A stretch of 64,000 nucleotides of DNA. It comes from Toensbergia leucococca (lineage: Eukaryota). Positions within the stretch are counted from its first letter, which is position 1, and each line of letters opens with the position of its first letter. The notes under the pieces were generated by a model. That model was not told the origin of the DNA and ran no database searches. It saw only the letters and a list, made by a program, of their open reading frames with translations. Below are positions 34,967-47,872 of this stretch, in pieces. The translations under genes were made by a program, and so were the position numbers. The stretch lies in assembly GCA_022813965.1 (NCBI GenBank), contig JALDZS010000029.1, positions 62,001 to 126,000 of the forward strand. The letters run 5' to 3'.

Positions 34967-37762
34967 AGGCTCTGAGTACTACTGCGATCCTCTTCTGGAG
35001 CGATTGCTACGCGTTTTAAGAAGTGGTAAAGCTCAAGCTTGTACGTGTATCCAAGTAAGAACGACTGCGAGTATACTTTGCAGGCAATAGTTTTCCGAGA
35101 AAAAGAGAGTTTGCTGCTATTAGCAGTAGGAGCATAATAGAAGTCAACGTATCTGCTGCTCTGAACTTCTTTTCCCACCAGACACGTCAGGAGTGAGTTC
35201 AAAAGCCGCATAGGACCGAATGAGGCATCTAATACACTGACGCCCCGTTTCACTACATTGACATCTCAGAGGCTCGCCTTCCGTGGCTTTTAATTGATTG
35301 CATGATCAGACGGGGAAGATTAAGATTTTACTTCAGATTGTGCTGTTGCGCGCCATCTACTCCGTACCTACTAAAAATTGGCCCCGCCATCGGAAAATCG
35401 AATCTAACATGATTTCAAATGCCGTTTGTACTCCCGTTGAACAATGCTACATGGATTGTAGCATATCCGGTATCCCGCAACCAGTACGAGTACCCAATGG
35501 CTAATACAAGTGGAAGCACGCCCATACGAAACAGTACATGGCTGACTCGGGATATATAATCAATTTCAAGGTTGAGCAGACGAGTAAGCGCTAATGTAAG
35601 TCAGATGATAGATTATTCATTGATCTGGCAAATATTATGGGTCCGGCTTCGCTGCGTCAAGGTATGGCTCCGAGGTTGGCCTATAGAAGTCCTGTATCGA
35701 TGAAATGTGAGCGTTGTAGGTTCTTTCCGTTCCTTGAGAATTGATCGTAGTCAGTTGTCTGAGTGCTCTTAGTGTTTATTACTTGTGCTTGAGTGAAGCT
35801 CACCTTATAATCCCTCGAATGCTTCTATTGACACGGTTTGTAAAAAAAAGGAATTGTTAGATCATACTCGTAGCTCTAAAGATATCCTCCAAGTTGATGG
35901 TTGATGAGCCATCTGAATATGTTGAAAAACGCCCCTAGCTTGACTTGTATTGTGCTCTAATGAGGCTGCGTGGACGCTTTCACTCTCTTGTTCCTAATCT
36001 CGTAGTTGAATCGAGGTTCTACTTCATGAGAGCTCCGGTGACATTGTCCTCCATGACTTTAACATTTTTTATCCCCTACATCTGTAACTGCACGAATGAC
36101 TCTCTTCGCCCATAAATCTGAGGAACCACCCAATACATTTTAATTCTCGTCTATCAAAAATCTAGGTAATCATACTTATTCCATCTTCTGGACTATTCGT
36201 TAGGCTCCGTCCAACGTATTCATCGGTTGTGCCAGCACCAAAGGCTCCGTGACAGCGTCCTAGGGCCGCTACTACCAATAGCGAAACCTCATCTATCTTT
36301 CTCTGTCACAGATCTACCGCTAATGCTCTTTGAGCAATTATGAGGTGAGAGTGAGACAATCATCCCGGAAAGCAATCCGGCTTTGATGAGGGATCTAGAC
36401 ATAACTCAAATATCCGCCGGCTTTGGGATCTGCAGGCTCCCTTCTTTATAATTATTTGAGCAAAAGCCCGGGTTTTGGCCATCGGCCCATACTATTGTGT
36501 TATCTTTGCGGGGTGAGGCTTTCTTTATGATCTCAACAACAACATGCTTTAACATTATCAGTCCTGAGAGCTTGGATTATCGTAAATTTTACCGCGCAGA
36601 TGTGATTATCAGCAGCATTTCTCAGTGACTGCAGTCAGGCATGTCAAGTGTTTTTTCGAGCATTCCTAGTAATAGGTTTAGTAGCCAATACAATCAATGA
36701 CAGAATGGTCAACTTACTTTCATCCCTTCTCATTCCTGATTACAATTATAGCGTGATAGTTGTTGAGGTTGGTCTCGCCTTTCACCTTCATTACTATATC
36801 GTCTTGACAAAGGATTGGCATCTTGTAAGTAGTCCTTGGGCCGACGGTGATATTGCCCGCTCTACAAGCCAGTGCTGCCAATAGTACTATGGAGAGCACA
36901 TCCTGTATCGTCAACTCCCAATTAGAGACATCACTGTTGACTGTGTCTCTCATAGTTCCTGTATCAGCCATATGTCGATCCGGTGCTTTTGCTTCGTTGA
37001 ATGCTTTCTAATGTGACCTTGCTGTCAATATTCTTGTAGTCTTGTATAACTCTGGAGTGGTCATGTTTGGATAGCGAGAAGTCTGGATACTTGTACTCTT
37101 CTGTAGCAGTGGAGAAAGAGGAACCTGATCAGCTCTATTTAGATTAGAGGAGTACTCTTGGGACCGATATAAGCTGCGGGCCGAGGCGAATGAGGACTGA
37201 AGACAGAGAAAAGGTGCATGATATGGACCGCCTCGTTACAACAGAATGACAGAAGTACACATGTGAAGAGCACTTTTCACAGAACATCTGTTTTTGCTTT
37301 GGCAATGTGATTTGGAAGCAAATACTGACGATGATACCAAATCATGATGTAGCTTTTTTCTTATTACACTCATTGATAACATAACCAGGCAAGATTTCCC
37401 TGATCCACTTCTGCCTGTGATTGAGAAAAGACGATTTTTTCATTCAAGGTTAGAGATATGGATAGAATATTTAGATTGCAACTCCAGCGCTGAGCAGATA
37501 TCAACCTATGCCAAAGTGGCACCGTGAACCTTTTCGAAGGAAGCATGATATACAGACCTGTATGGAAAGAATTAATTTTGATGGGTAGACACGTTGATGA
37601 GTGGATGCTGGTGGAAGTGAGAAGAGGAAGCTAGAAGTAAATAGCCAACGAGACGTCATCCGATCAAAACACCACGATTTCACCCAACTCCGGAACAGCC
37701 ACATACTTTGACCATAGCAACTCTTACCTAACACAACTTATCGCCCTCTAACAGCACACATC

Positions 37763-39245
37763 ATGAGCGACGACATTCCGGCTGACGAGACGCCTATAAC
37801 TTTCAACGTCAAGTCGTCTAGTGACGCCAAATACGTCCTCACCCTTCCCCTTACCACCACCATTCAAGATTTGAAGACCAAGCTTTCCACTGAAGAATAT
37901 GCCGATGTGGCCCCTGACCGATTGCGACTGATCTACTCTGGCCGTGTCCTCAAAGACCCAGATACCTTGGCTTCTAACAAGGTCAAGGATGGTCACACCA
38001 TACATTTGGTCAAAGGCGCAGCCAGCAATCAGCGACAGAATCCCGCCAATGCAAGCACCACACCCACTAACCCCAGTACAGCCGCAGCACCTGGCGCAGC
38101 CGGAGTCCCAACGAACATCGCCGCTGGCACTGGTAATAATCCTCTCGCTGGCTTGACTGGTGCTCGATACGCCGGCTTCGCTCAACTTCCTGGCGCAGGC
38201 ATGTTTGGCCCTGACGGTGGCGTACGTGCTTCTTCGTCTCCGATTCAAGGATAGTATGCTGATCGTTCATGCATAGATGGGCCCCCCTCCGGGCCCTGAA
38301 GAGATGTTATCCATGCTCTCAAATCCGCAGTTCGCCTCCACTCTCAACGAAGCCCTTTCAAACCCTCAGATCATCGATACAATGATCCAGCAGAACCCCA
38401 TGCTCCGCGGTATGGGGCCCCAAGTCCGGCAGATGATGCAGTCCCCTGAATTCAGACGAATGATTACGGACCCGGACCAGTTGAGGCAGCTGACACAAAT
38501 GCAGAGGCAACTCGGTATGCCCCCGAATATGTTCGGAGGCATGGGCGGTGGAGCAGGTGGTGCTGGAGGAGCGTTCCCCGCGCCTGGAGTCACGGATACC
38601 ACTCTCGGAGAGGAAGGAGCAGCGTCACCCACACCCAGAGACGATAATCCATCTGCATCCCCGTCTGCTCAAACGCCATTCAATCCCTATGCTATGTTTG
38701 AAAACATTGTTGGTGGTCCACATGGTCCCCCAACCGGTGCAGGCCAAGCGGCAAACCCCTTCGCTGCGCTCTTCAACCCGAGCCTTATGGGAAACACCCC
38801 TGGTGCCATGCCTCCTTCCCCAGCATCAGCTGCGCAAGAAACACCTGCGGCGGAAGCGCCAGCAACAGGACAAACGGGTACGACACGGCCAGCGCAGCAA
38901 CAACAACCACCCAACCCCTTCGCCAACTTCATGCAGAACCCGCTTTTCCAAAACCCCGCACTAATGCAGCAAATGCTCGGAGCCATGGGTGGCGGCGGGG
39001 CGCAAGGCACGGGTGCGGATAGTAACCCTCTTGCGGCAATGTTTGGGCAGGGAGGCATGGGAGGCATGGGAGGCGGAGGGGGTGCGACCCCGGCGCAAGA
39101 TACGAGGCCGCCCGAGGAGAGATACGCCGAGCAGTTACGACAGCTGAATGATATGGGATTTTATGAGTTTGAGAGGAATGTCGAGGCGCTGAGGAGGACG
39201 GGTGGTAGCGTGCAGGGGGCGGTTGAATACTTGCTCACGCATTAA
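37763..39245 (+). CDS. DSK2: Ubiquilin/Dsk2 UBL-STI1-UBA shuttle factor, 2 exons
   Basis: N-terminal UBL (RLIYSGRVLKD...GHTIHLVK); STI1-like M/Q-rich middle; C-terminal UBA (PEERYAEQLRQLNDMGF...ALRRTGGSVQGAVEYLL). Confidence 0.95.
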
Positions 39246-39581
39246 GTGTGGATGGGGGGAAAGGCATGTGTGATGCACAACGAAGACGAAAGCATGACTT
39301 TTTCATAGCGGAGGCCTGGAGGAGAAGCGTAGCACTCTGCTCAGAGCTTTGTGCATGTTTGCACAGGAAGGACTAAGTTTTTTACGAGCGATTTTAAACG
39401 GCATTTTTTGTGGCTTTGCCTACGTATTGGCTCGCCAGAACAAGAGAGCATTGGTATCATATTTCCAGGAATAGGAGATACTGATAATACATGTTTAATA
39501 CTGAACCCCTCCCAAGAAAAGTTATGCATGTAGTCCATATCATGATGCCAAGATCGCTACCTTTTTTGCCCCCAGCCAGCC

Positions 39582-41347
39582 CTAATAATGTTCCTTCCAA
39601 AATCGAAACCTCACATCTGGCCCCGTCACCTCCTTGGTCGCCTTCCTTATGTCCCTTGCGGCGGCATTCGGACCGCAAAAGTAGACACCGACATCGGTCC
39701 TCTCATTTCCTTTGAAAGTCCCCATGTAAGCACCGTCCAGGATCCCGTCCCTCATCGCCCCAAACAGTCGCCGGAAGTCGGGCCTGCCAAAGTTTGTTCG
39801 ACTGCGCAGCTCAGTAAGGGGATCAAGCGTGCTGCCCACGCTATTGAGGTAGATGTTGGTCGTGGTATCAATGTCCAGGCGCTGCGTGAGATAGGTGTGG
39901 ATGCGAAGGAATTCGGGGCCGGCGCCTGAATCAACGGTTGCGGCGGCGTGGGATTGGGCTTCGAGGGAGGACAGGAGCGTTTGGAACCATTCGAAGGAGG
40001 AGGTATCTTTGCAGACCCAGATGAATTCGACGCGGCGAAGGCGTCGCGGGGGGTTGGGCGCCGCACGGAGGTGCCAGATATTTTTGAGGATTGATGCCCA
40101 GGGGGTGACCCCGATGCCCGTGCCGATGAGGACAGCGATTTCGTTATCGAAGACGTCTTCGGCCGGGGCCCCGTAGGGGCCGTCGATGCGGATCGAGGGC
40201 ATGATTTGCCCGTTTTGGAGGGCAACTTCGTACATACCCATGGGATCTAGAGCATCGTATTCTTTAGCTTGGGTGGGGCCGGCACCCAGTGCGTCGCCGA
40301 GGGCGCGGGTGAAGTCGCCGACTTGGCGGACGTGGACTGAGATATATGGATCGAAGGGGCAGGAGGTGATGGTGAAGGGGTGCCATTGGGTTGTGGAAAC
40401 GGAGGGGACATTGAGGAATAGCCATTGCCCTGCCTTGTAGCGCATGCTGGGTTTCTGGAATTGGATTTCCATGGCATCGTACGGATGGCGGATGACCTTA
40501 AGGATTTGAGTGGGGCGCCGACTGCTGATTTCGCGATAGATTCGTTCGAGCAGATAGAAAGCCCCGCCCCAAAGTTCCCAGCGCCAACCCTCGTAGCCGA
40601 GGCAATGGTTCCAAAATGGTGAGCCAGCGAAGGGAGAGATAGGTTCTGGCGTGTCCCGGACAAAGCAACCGGTTGCGTGAGTGTAGAGAGCGAGGAAGAA
40701 GGGAATGAAGAGGTGGTGAGTGTACCAGAAGGTTTCATATGACTGCTGCCGTATCCGTGCGTGCGAAGTAGTGTACATTAAGAGCATGCAAAGAAGCATC
40801 ACATGCCCTGTTATACCACCCGCTTCCGTATAGTGTATCTGCACTGCCGTTACAGGTCGGATCTGATTTCTCTCCACGTTGAAGAAACTATCTCAAGATT
40901 AGTAAGGTGGAGACTATTTTGGAGATTGAAGACCTACTTGACATAGTGTGCTGAGCAGTGAACTAATGTCCAGAAAAGCAGAGAGTATGCCACTTGTCGA
41001 TGAAACCATTGCGACTCGTCTAATGGTAGGGCTCTTAATTTGGGTCGTATCCATCGTAAGAGATTTCTGCACATGGGGAAGAGAATGATAGCTCCATCAA
41101 CGGACAGTGCCAGGCCTGCACCTCGTGATATCCACACTGAAAATGTAAGGGTATTGAGACCTGATAACCTTGGATCCCTCGCTTGCTTGGCCCTGTCTTA
41201 GCTATCAGCTCTAAGCTCTTGCCCGTCTTTGCCATCTCCAACTCACCATCCTACAACGAACATGCCCACATGAAAGCCATGAAACAAAACGTTGAAGAGC
41301 AATTTGGATCCCGTGAACTCCTTACGCCAAGATGACCGGTGATTCAT
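39582..41347 (-). CDS. noxA: NADPH oxidase NoxA/Nox1 (gp91phox homologue), 3 exons
   Basis: Short N-terminus without the NoxB extension; SVWISRGAGL; heme-ligand histidine regions WFHRQVAY...HCSAHY and FWYTHHLF; FAD motif QWHPFTITS; NADPH motifs DGPYGAP and GTGIGVTP; C-terminal VYFCGP...FWKEHY. Confidence 0.95.
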
Positions 41348-43428
41348 GCCTAATTTTGCGATATATATTTTGTTTCGAGAGCTCTAAATTGAAAACGGCA
41401 GCCCAAAGCCGAAGGTGGATGATGTGGGAGCGCGATGTGGATTTAGGAATAGTGATGGTGTAGTGCAGATGAAGATGATTGCTAAAACTCTAGTAAGAAC
41501 GTGGCAGGAGCTGATCAATGTCCTCCACTTTGGCACCGCAAGAGTTCGCAACAGTTTCAATTTGTAGGCGTATTTCGGTACGAGTAGCTGTTATTGATCA
41601 ACACTTTTTCTTTGGATGAAGAGATAATGCAGTGTGTAATTCGCCAGTGCCATGAAATTCAGATAGCGTCCTCAATGAGCTAAAGTACCACAAACTCCTA
41701 TGTTGCTTGGATTCTTGCTTCGCAAATTACTTCTTTTTTATTTCAACTCATTGATCTCACCAAGACTAATACCAGTAGGTGTCTCGAGATCGCAACAGCG
41801 CACAGCCTGGATTACCGGAGCGCTTCACCGCGGTACTGGGAAACACCCTCGCAGTCTCAAAGTTGATTATTTTGCAATAATCCAATGGCTTCCTTTATCC
41901 GAGGCAAACCAGCTTGATGCTCAAGACCAAGATCTTTACAAGTATTCAAATCCACCGTGTTTTGCAAACCCAATGTAGAAACGGGATCCGTAAGAGCAAC
42001 GATTGATGGGGTTGAGGGGAAGACAGGCTTCGCTATGAAAATGGCTCTCGTTGGTATCCTTATCAACAGTTCTCTCCGGCGAATTTCGCAAATGTCCTCG
42101 GTTTGTGAGTAGATAAGTTTAGGGCGATTTTGGGGGTCGTTTGGTTCTGAAAATGGCGGTTTTCCTAGGCTCGACCAAGCGCTTCAACTTTTCTGTCTGC
42201 GTAAGAGGCTGGATTAGTCGAGGGTGAAGCAGGGCGTCTGGAAATATCAGGCGTCTTGGAGGTAGGTGATAGTTGTTAGCACTTAAGCCCATCACAAGAC
42301 AATTGACAAGCTCGTCGTTCCCGTTGGCCGATTGTTCGACCCACGGGAGCTCGTCGCCAATAGAGCACAAAATTTGTCCTTTGATGCAAGCCTGCCGTAA
42401 GCTTTTCTTGGATCTGGACGATGCTGCGTGGTTGGGCATGGAATCTGCACCAAGATGGCTTGCCGGACAAGGGGAGCCAATCATCGTGTTTCTGCAGCCG
42501 CCTTAGAAACGAATAGGAAGCGCCAACTCAGATGGAAAAATGCCATTAAATGTGGGAAATGTATCTTGCTTGCGGCTGGAGAGTTTCCCAATCAATTGTC
42601 AAAGCAAGCCATCGAGTGCTATGTGGCACAATACGGAGTACGGGGTAGACCATTTCCAAGTATCACCTTCGTTTGCTTCATATCCAAGCGTCCCAAATCC
42701 GATTGGGACCAGTTGGGACTGAGACTTATTCTACTCGTATCACAACATCTTAGGGCAATCATCTTCACTTGGTCACGGGCTGTGAGCTTCATCCTGATTA
42801 TTCTACTCGTACTCGTACTACCAAGGAATGAAATTATGGTCTGAAGCCCTAATTATTTCCCCACTTTCTTAACCCTTTGCCTATTCTATTTGGTGATTGA
42901 GGCAACTGAATGATCTAATGTGCTGTGTCCCCTGCATCTGCACCTTCCAAGTGCCACAGAAAACAGTCGCTCGGCTAGCCAATCAAGTGTCGAAACCTGG
43001 CGAATCAGCAGTCCTGTTACCCCTGCTGCGGTCCGTGATTCGATGCATGAGTATTTCCAGACTTGCTAGTGTCAGCGGTTACCACGCACTTCTGCTCGAG
43101 CCGTTCTGCATTGGTGTTGTGGGCCTACTAGCTATGCACCAAGCATCTCCATGCCCAATCGTCCGAGGAAGACGCCGAGTTTCTGGATGTGCCGGGGCCA
43201 CGACTGTACCCCAATCGACGTGGTACATATCGGGCACATGGCTTCTTCGCTCATCAACTCTTCGTCTACGAATTTGCCCTTGTTGAACAGCACAGCGTCA
43301 CATGGCTCGATAACAGTATCACTTTAGACAATGGACCTGCGCCGTTCTTCATAACGATTGCAGAGCAATCGCCCCAGTACAGCTGTCTGTCTAGTTAATA
43401 ATTCGAAGGCTTTCTTCCCTTCAGTATC

Positions 43429-43981
43429 ATGGGAAAGCTCATCAAAAACCACTGGGGCCGTCTGATAATTCTCACTGCCGCAGCCTGTAAGTCCTTTTTG
43501 CAGAACTTCAAGTCTGCTCTCTCTAATTCCATCTAGATCAGATCGCAGCCTCTGTCTCAGGTTTCTTTTGGCCCAAAATCTTCTGGGACTTCCTCACAAC
43601 CAATCTTGATGGAGCTGTGCGACCTATACCTATCCTCCAAATAATCAACCTTCTACTCGGTATTCTCGGTCTCGCCTGGGAATGGCCGCTTTCATTCGTG
43701 TCTGGAACAGCAATGCACAGGAGCATTGAGGCGCGGCTTGTTGTCTACCCGCTGAGTAGTCTGGCAGCTTTTCTTTTATATCAGGGGACAAATTCAGGAC
43801 TGTATTATATCGTGGGCATGGGGGTGTATTTCTGGGCCTTCAGTGAGGGAGAGGTAAGTCGGAATCTTGCTTTTCGACAGTTGCTTGAGGAAGGCAAGTA
43901 GCTAACGAAGAAACCCAGATCATATGTCCTTTACCTTGGACATTGCCGCGGCGAAGTTCAAGAGCGAGGAGTAAAGTATGA
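43429..43981 (+). CDS. noxD: NoxD/Pro41, fungal p22phox homologue, 3 exons
   Basis: Exons 43429-43486, 43537-43853 and 43919-43981 give MGKLIKNHWGRLIILTAAAYQ...GFFWPKIFWDFLT...LAWEWPL...LYQGTN...YFWAFSEGE|IICPLPWTLP, the Pro41/NoxD signature. Confidence 0.9.
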
Positions 43982-44575
43982 TAGGGATTTTTATCAGACC
44001 GGCGTTGGGAACTATTGCATCAGCATCGCATGGCCGGCGTTCAGCATCATACCCAAGAATATGACATACGGCATATGACCACTAAGTGACACTTGATATA
44101 AAACTACCAACCGATCACAAATGCCCAATTCACATTCAATGGGTGCAAAACCACTGATATCAGCATTAATCGCCTTAGGATATGAGCTATATCAAAATCT
44201 AAAGAATGTAAAATATAACATGCAAGATGGATGCAAGTCTTCGTCCTGACTTCTTCCTACCTCTCCAAGACCCTTTTCGTTCTCCTTGAAGATGTGTTCT
44301 CCTGCCGCGCAGTGTGATAGCAACAATCCAGTCCCATCGTCTCCGTGCTTGCCAAGAGCGATTTTGACGGAGATAGACGAGGAAGAGATAGAATTGACGA
44401 GAAAGCCACAAAGGCTGCCAAGGCTGGACCATCGACACCTGCACGGTGCTGCACCGACAATGATCGGTCGACGAAGCGGAGCCATTCATTGAGTGTCTCC
44501 TAAATTGCTCACGAGAAGTCAAGCGTAGGAGAACCTTGTCGCTTGAGGATGTAGAATTCTGGAATGGCGTATAAT

Positions 44576-45529
44576 TTAACCATCTGCTTCAACCTTCAAC
44601 TCCTGAGCAGCATTCGACACTAATTCCGTCTCGACCTGTGGCAATGTCACTCTTTCCAACCTCCTTCTTTCCACCCATTCACCCAATCTCCTCCAAACAG
44701 CTTCCTTCTCAGGTAGTGTCATGCCTGCTGCCAAGCCGCTCGTCGTAGTTGCAACAAAGACTTTTGCCCCATCCCAGCAACCATCGCCCTCATTCGAAGC
44801 TCCAAACTTCTCACTATCATCCTGCCAACCGTAGCGGAATTCCTCCTTTCGAATCGCTCTCCCATGCCTGACCCTCCATAAGCTTTCCCAGATCCCTTTT
44901 CCCACGATGACGACTGCCTCAGGCCTACATTTCGAAATCTTCGCCTCTAGTTCCGGCACGCTGGCATCCGTTTCGGCTTTGCTCAGCTCGCTTGCATCTT
45001 TAGTCGGTCGAGTGACAATATTCGTGAGGCCCATCGCGAATAGTCGGGGCAGGTCACCATCTTCCTTGGGACTACATCTTCTGGGCGTGCATCCAGAGCT
45101 GTGGAGTAGCTTCCAGAACAAATTTGACGCATGAGAATAGGCATGACCAGTAGTTGCGGTGGTAATACCGGGATTGACACCAATGAAGACGCAGATCAGA
45201 CCTGGGGCTAGGGAGTCAGTGAGCTTATTGTCAATATGGGCGTATTTTTTAGGTGGCGCGTATCCGGATGAGGGCTTGACCCTTTTGTTTGGCGATGGTG
45301 AAAGCGCCGGAGAGGAACTCTTCCCTAAGGGTTTGCGCTTCAGTCTTGGACTGGGGGAATAAGGCGGGGGATGAAGAGCGGCATTCCTTGTCAGATGCTT
45401 GCTTGACGATGAATCAACGCAAGGAATGAAGCCGTATCGCTGAAGGGTGTTACCAAAACTCGGAGGTTGTGGATCCAAGGGCGAAAGACTGTCTGTTGGT
45501 TGAATGTCTTGTTCCTCAACTTCAGTCAT
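44576..45529 (-). CDS. TDG: G:T/U mismatch-specific thymine/uracil DNA glycosylase (TDG/MUG family)
   Basis: LICVFIGVNPGITTATTGHAY...NLFWKLL...MGLTNIVTRPT, VVIVGKGIWE, FVATTTSGLAA. Confidence 0.9.
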   Translation of the reverse strand: MTEVEEQDIQPTDSLSPLDPQPPSFGNTLQRYGFIPCVDSSSSKHLTRNAALHPPPYSPSPRLKRKPLGKSSSPALSPSPNKRVKPSSGYAPPKKYAHIDNKLTDSLAPGLICVFIGVNPGITTATTGHAYSHASNLFWKLLHSSGCTPRRCSPKEDGDLPRLFAMGLTNIVTRPTKDASELSKAETDASVPELEAKISKCRPEAVVIVGKGIWESLWRVRHGRAIRKEEFRYGWQDDSEKFGASNEGDGCWDGAKVFVATTTSGLAAGMTLPEKEAVWRRLGEWVERRRLERVTLPQVETELVSNAAQELKVEADG

Positions 45530-45743
45530 AGTTTCGGTTTGAGCAAGCTGATACACCTCAATTTACAACAGCATCAATGAGTAACACTATTCCCACGCGA
45601 GGTGCTTCACACCTGAAAACCAGGGCTTCACCCATACTCTCATCTCATTGGCTCATACCCTTCACCGCTCTTGGCAGAAATTATACTACCCATACCCTGA
45701 ACAAGCCACTCTACAATCTCATTGACAATCTGATCGATCAAAT

Positions 45744-46794
45744 ATGGCAGCGACCTTCTCAATTCCATTGAAGATATCTGGCTACTACGTCCTACCTATA
45801 AATCTCCCTCCTCTTGCTTCGTTCCCTACACCCGCTACCCACTACCTCTACCTGTCCCCGCATGAGCCTAAAATTGCTACGCCAACTGCTCCGCGATCAA
45901 TATTTCTTGTAAATGTGCCATTCGATGCGACTGAAGCGCATATCAAAGCACTATTTTCCACTCAAATGGAGCTCCCTAGTGGAAGGATTGAAGATCTGCA
46001 ATTCGAGGGTGACAAAAGCAAAGAATGTCGAGGATCTAGCGACCAATCTAGTCTTGTCATTAAAGGGAAGAAAAGCAAGAAAAGGAAAAGGGGCGCCGAG
46101 GAACAGAGTCTTGATGATGTGGAGGGTGCGCAAATGCCTACTACTTGGGACAGAGAATTGCAACGGGATAGACGGACCGCTGTGGTTACTTTCGTGGATC
46201 GAGTGAGCATGGAGACTGTGATCAAGGCGGTAAAACGGACTAGGAAAGAAAGGAAACAGCTGGTTTGGGGTGAGGGAGTGGACGAGAAATTGCCTACCCT
46301 TGGATCTGCAAGTGAGTATTCAATCTTAGCCCAGCTGAGGAAGAAAATTCATCTAAATGCTTCCCAGGATATCTCAACCACCACAAACTCCGCTACCCGA
46401 ACAAAACCGAGCTCCTCAACTCCGTTAACACATACATGACAGCCTTCGCAGAAAAAGAGACAGCTCGGTCCCGTCTAATGGCCAAGCAAAGGCAAGAACC
46501 GGACGAAGATGGCTTCGTCACTGTGACCCGAGGCGGGAGGACCGGCCCAGCGCGGCAAGAAGCAGCGCAGGAACAGGCGGAGAAGCTGAAGTCGAAGCAG
46601 AAGGGGTTGGAAGATTTCTATAGGTTTCAGACAAGGGAAAAGAGAAAGGCTAGGGCTGGGGAGTTGGTAAGGAAGTTTGAGGAGGATAAGGAAAAGGTTA
46701 GGAAGATGAAGGAGAGGAGGGGGAAGTTTAAAGTGGGTTTCGATGGTCTTCATTATCGGGATGTATTTGCTGACTGGCTTCTCAGCCTGAGTGA
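45744..46794 (+). CDS. RRP7: Ribosomal RNA-processing protein 7, 3 exons
   Basis: RRM-like RSIFLVNVPFDATE; C-terminal PDEDGFVTVTRGGR...DFYRFQTREKRK...FEEDKEKV...RRGKFK|PE*. Confidence 0.93.
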
Positions 46795-47872
46795 AATAGC
46801 AAACCTCTGGGCTATGATTAATCAGACGACATACGTACTAGAACGGATGAAGGCCCGGCAAAAGATGTGCATCTACGAATCGATCTCTAGCCTAATGCAT
46901 CTGTCGAGTTTTGCTCACCGAAGCGCACGATAAAAATCATCATCCAAATTGCAGCCTTTACAAACAGGAACATCACCCACCATCCAATCATGCTGTCCTA
47001 CGGTAGAACGAAACCTCGACATCAAAGCTAGGACATTCAATCAAAACTCCCAACCACTGAAGATAACTCGACTCCCTCGCACATTCAGGAACCCGCTCAA
47101 ACCCCCCACAAGTAAGTCCTCTCTTCCCACCACCACCAACCCCCCACTCCCCAATCAATGATGAGTCGCTGGGGCCATAAAATGCCTGAAATCTCATTTT
47201 CAAAACATGACAGTTTCAAGCAATGCCTACACCAACCAGCCAAATTTATACATATAAATCTTCTCAATTTCTGACTAATTCGGCACTTCTATGTGTGCTT
47301 GTTGTTCTGAGCTGCACCCTTGTAGTTGCTTTAAAATGCTGATTTCGTATGTCATTTTAGGGCTGAAGGGTTTGGGAATCGAGAAGCGTGGGATATCGGA
47401 TTGGGGGATAGGTACGAAATTACTCGGGGCTGGGGAGAGTTGTCGATTAGTGCATTGGGTTAAGGTTTTCAAGTGGTAAAAGGGGCTTTGATATGACGGT
47501 CGGTTTCTTGACTGGGTTCCTATGTCGCTTGCAGAGCTTTCGAGACTGCACTGTATCACTATCTTAAAAATGTCTGAGACCTCGAGGTACGGGCAGATAT
47601 TGACCGCGTGGAGAGAACCACCACTCTCTTGGAAGTCGTTGAGATATCAGTGTGTCGTTCATCGTTTCTCGTGTCCAAGACAATTCAAGAGTTCCTCAAA
47701 TTGTATTTACCACGAGGGATACCAAGCCCTGAAGAGATCCCAATGCAGAATTCCTACAGCTCCAAGAAATGAAAAAGGAGCCGACTAGACTGGGCTTTCC
47801 AACCACCTAGAAAAGGGGCAAGCCAGAACTACTAAACCCCCAACATCCTTACCCAGACGCATAACTTGGAGA

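Noticed and set aside
35298..37100. ORF-poor gap with short minus-strand ORF 36720-36971 and intron-like signals; possible pseudogene
   Set aside because: I could not assemble a continuous frame or recognise any motif. A BLASTx search would be needed.
44192..44522. Several overlapping short ORFs between noxD and TDG
   Set aside because: No recognisable motifs; the region fits convergent 3' UTRs.
47158..47274. ATGATGA...CTGA pattern resembling a box C/D snoRNA (similar pattern at 52637-52799)
   Set aside because: No terminal stem or recognisable rRNA-complementary guide; such short boxes arise by chance.
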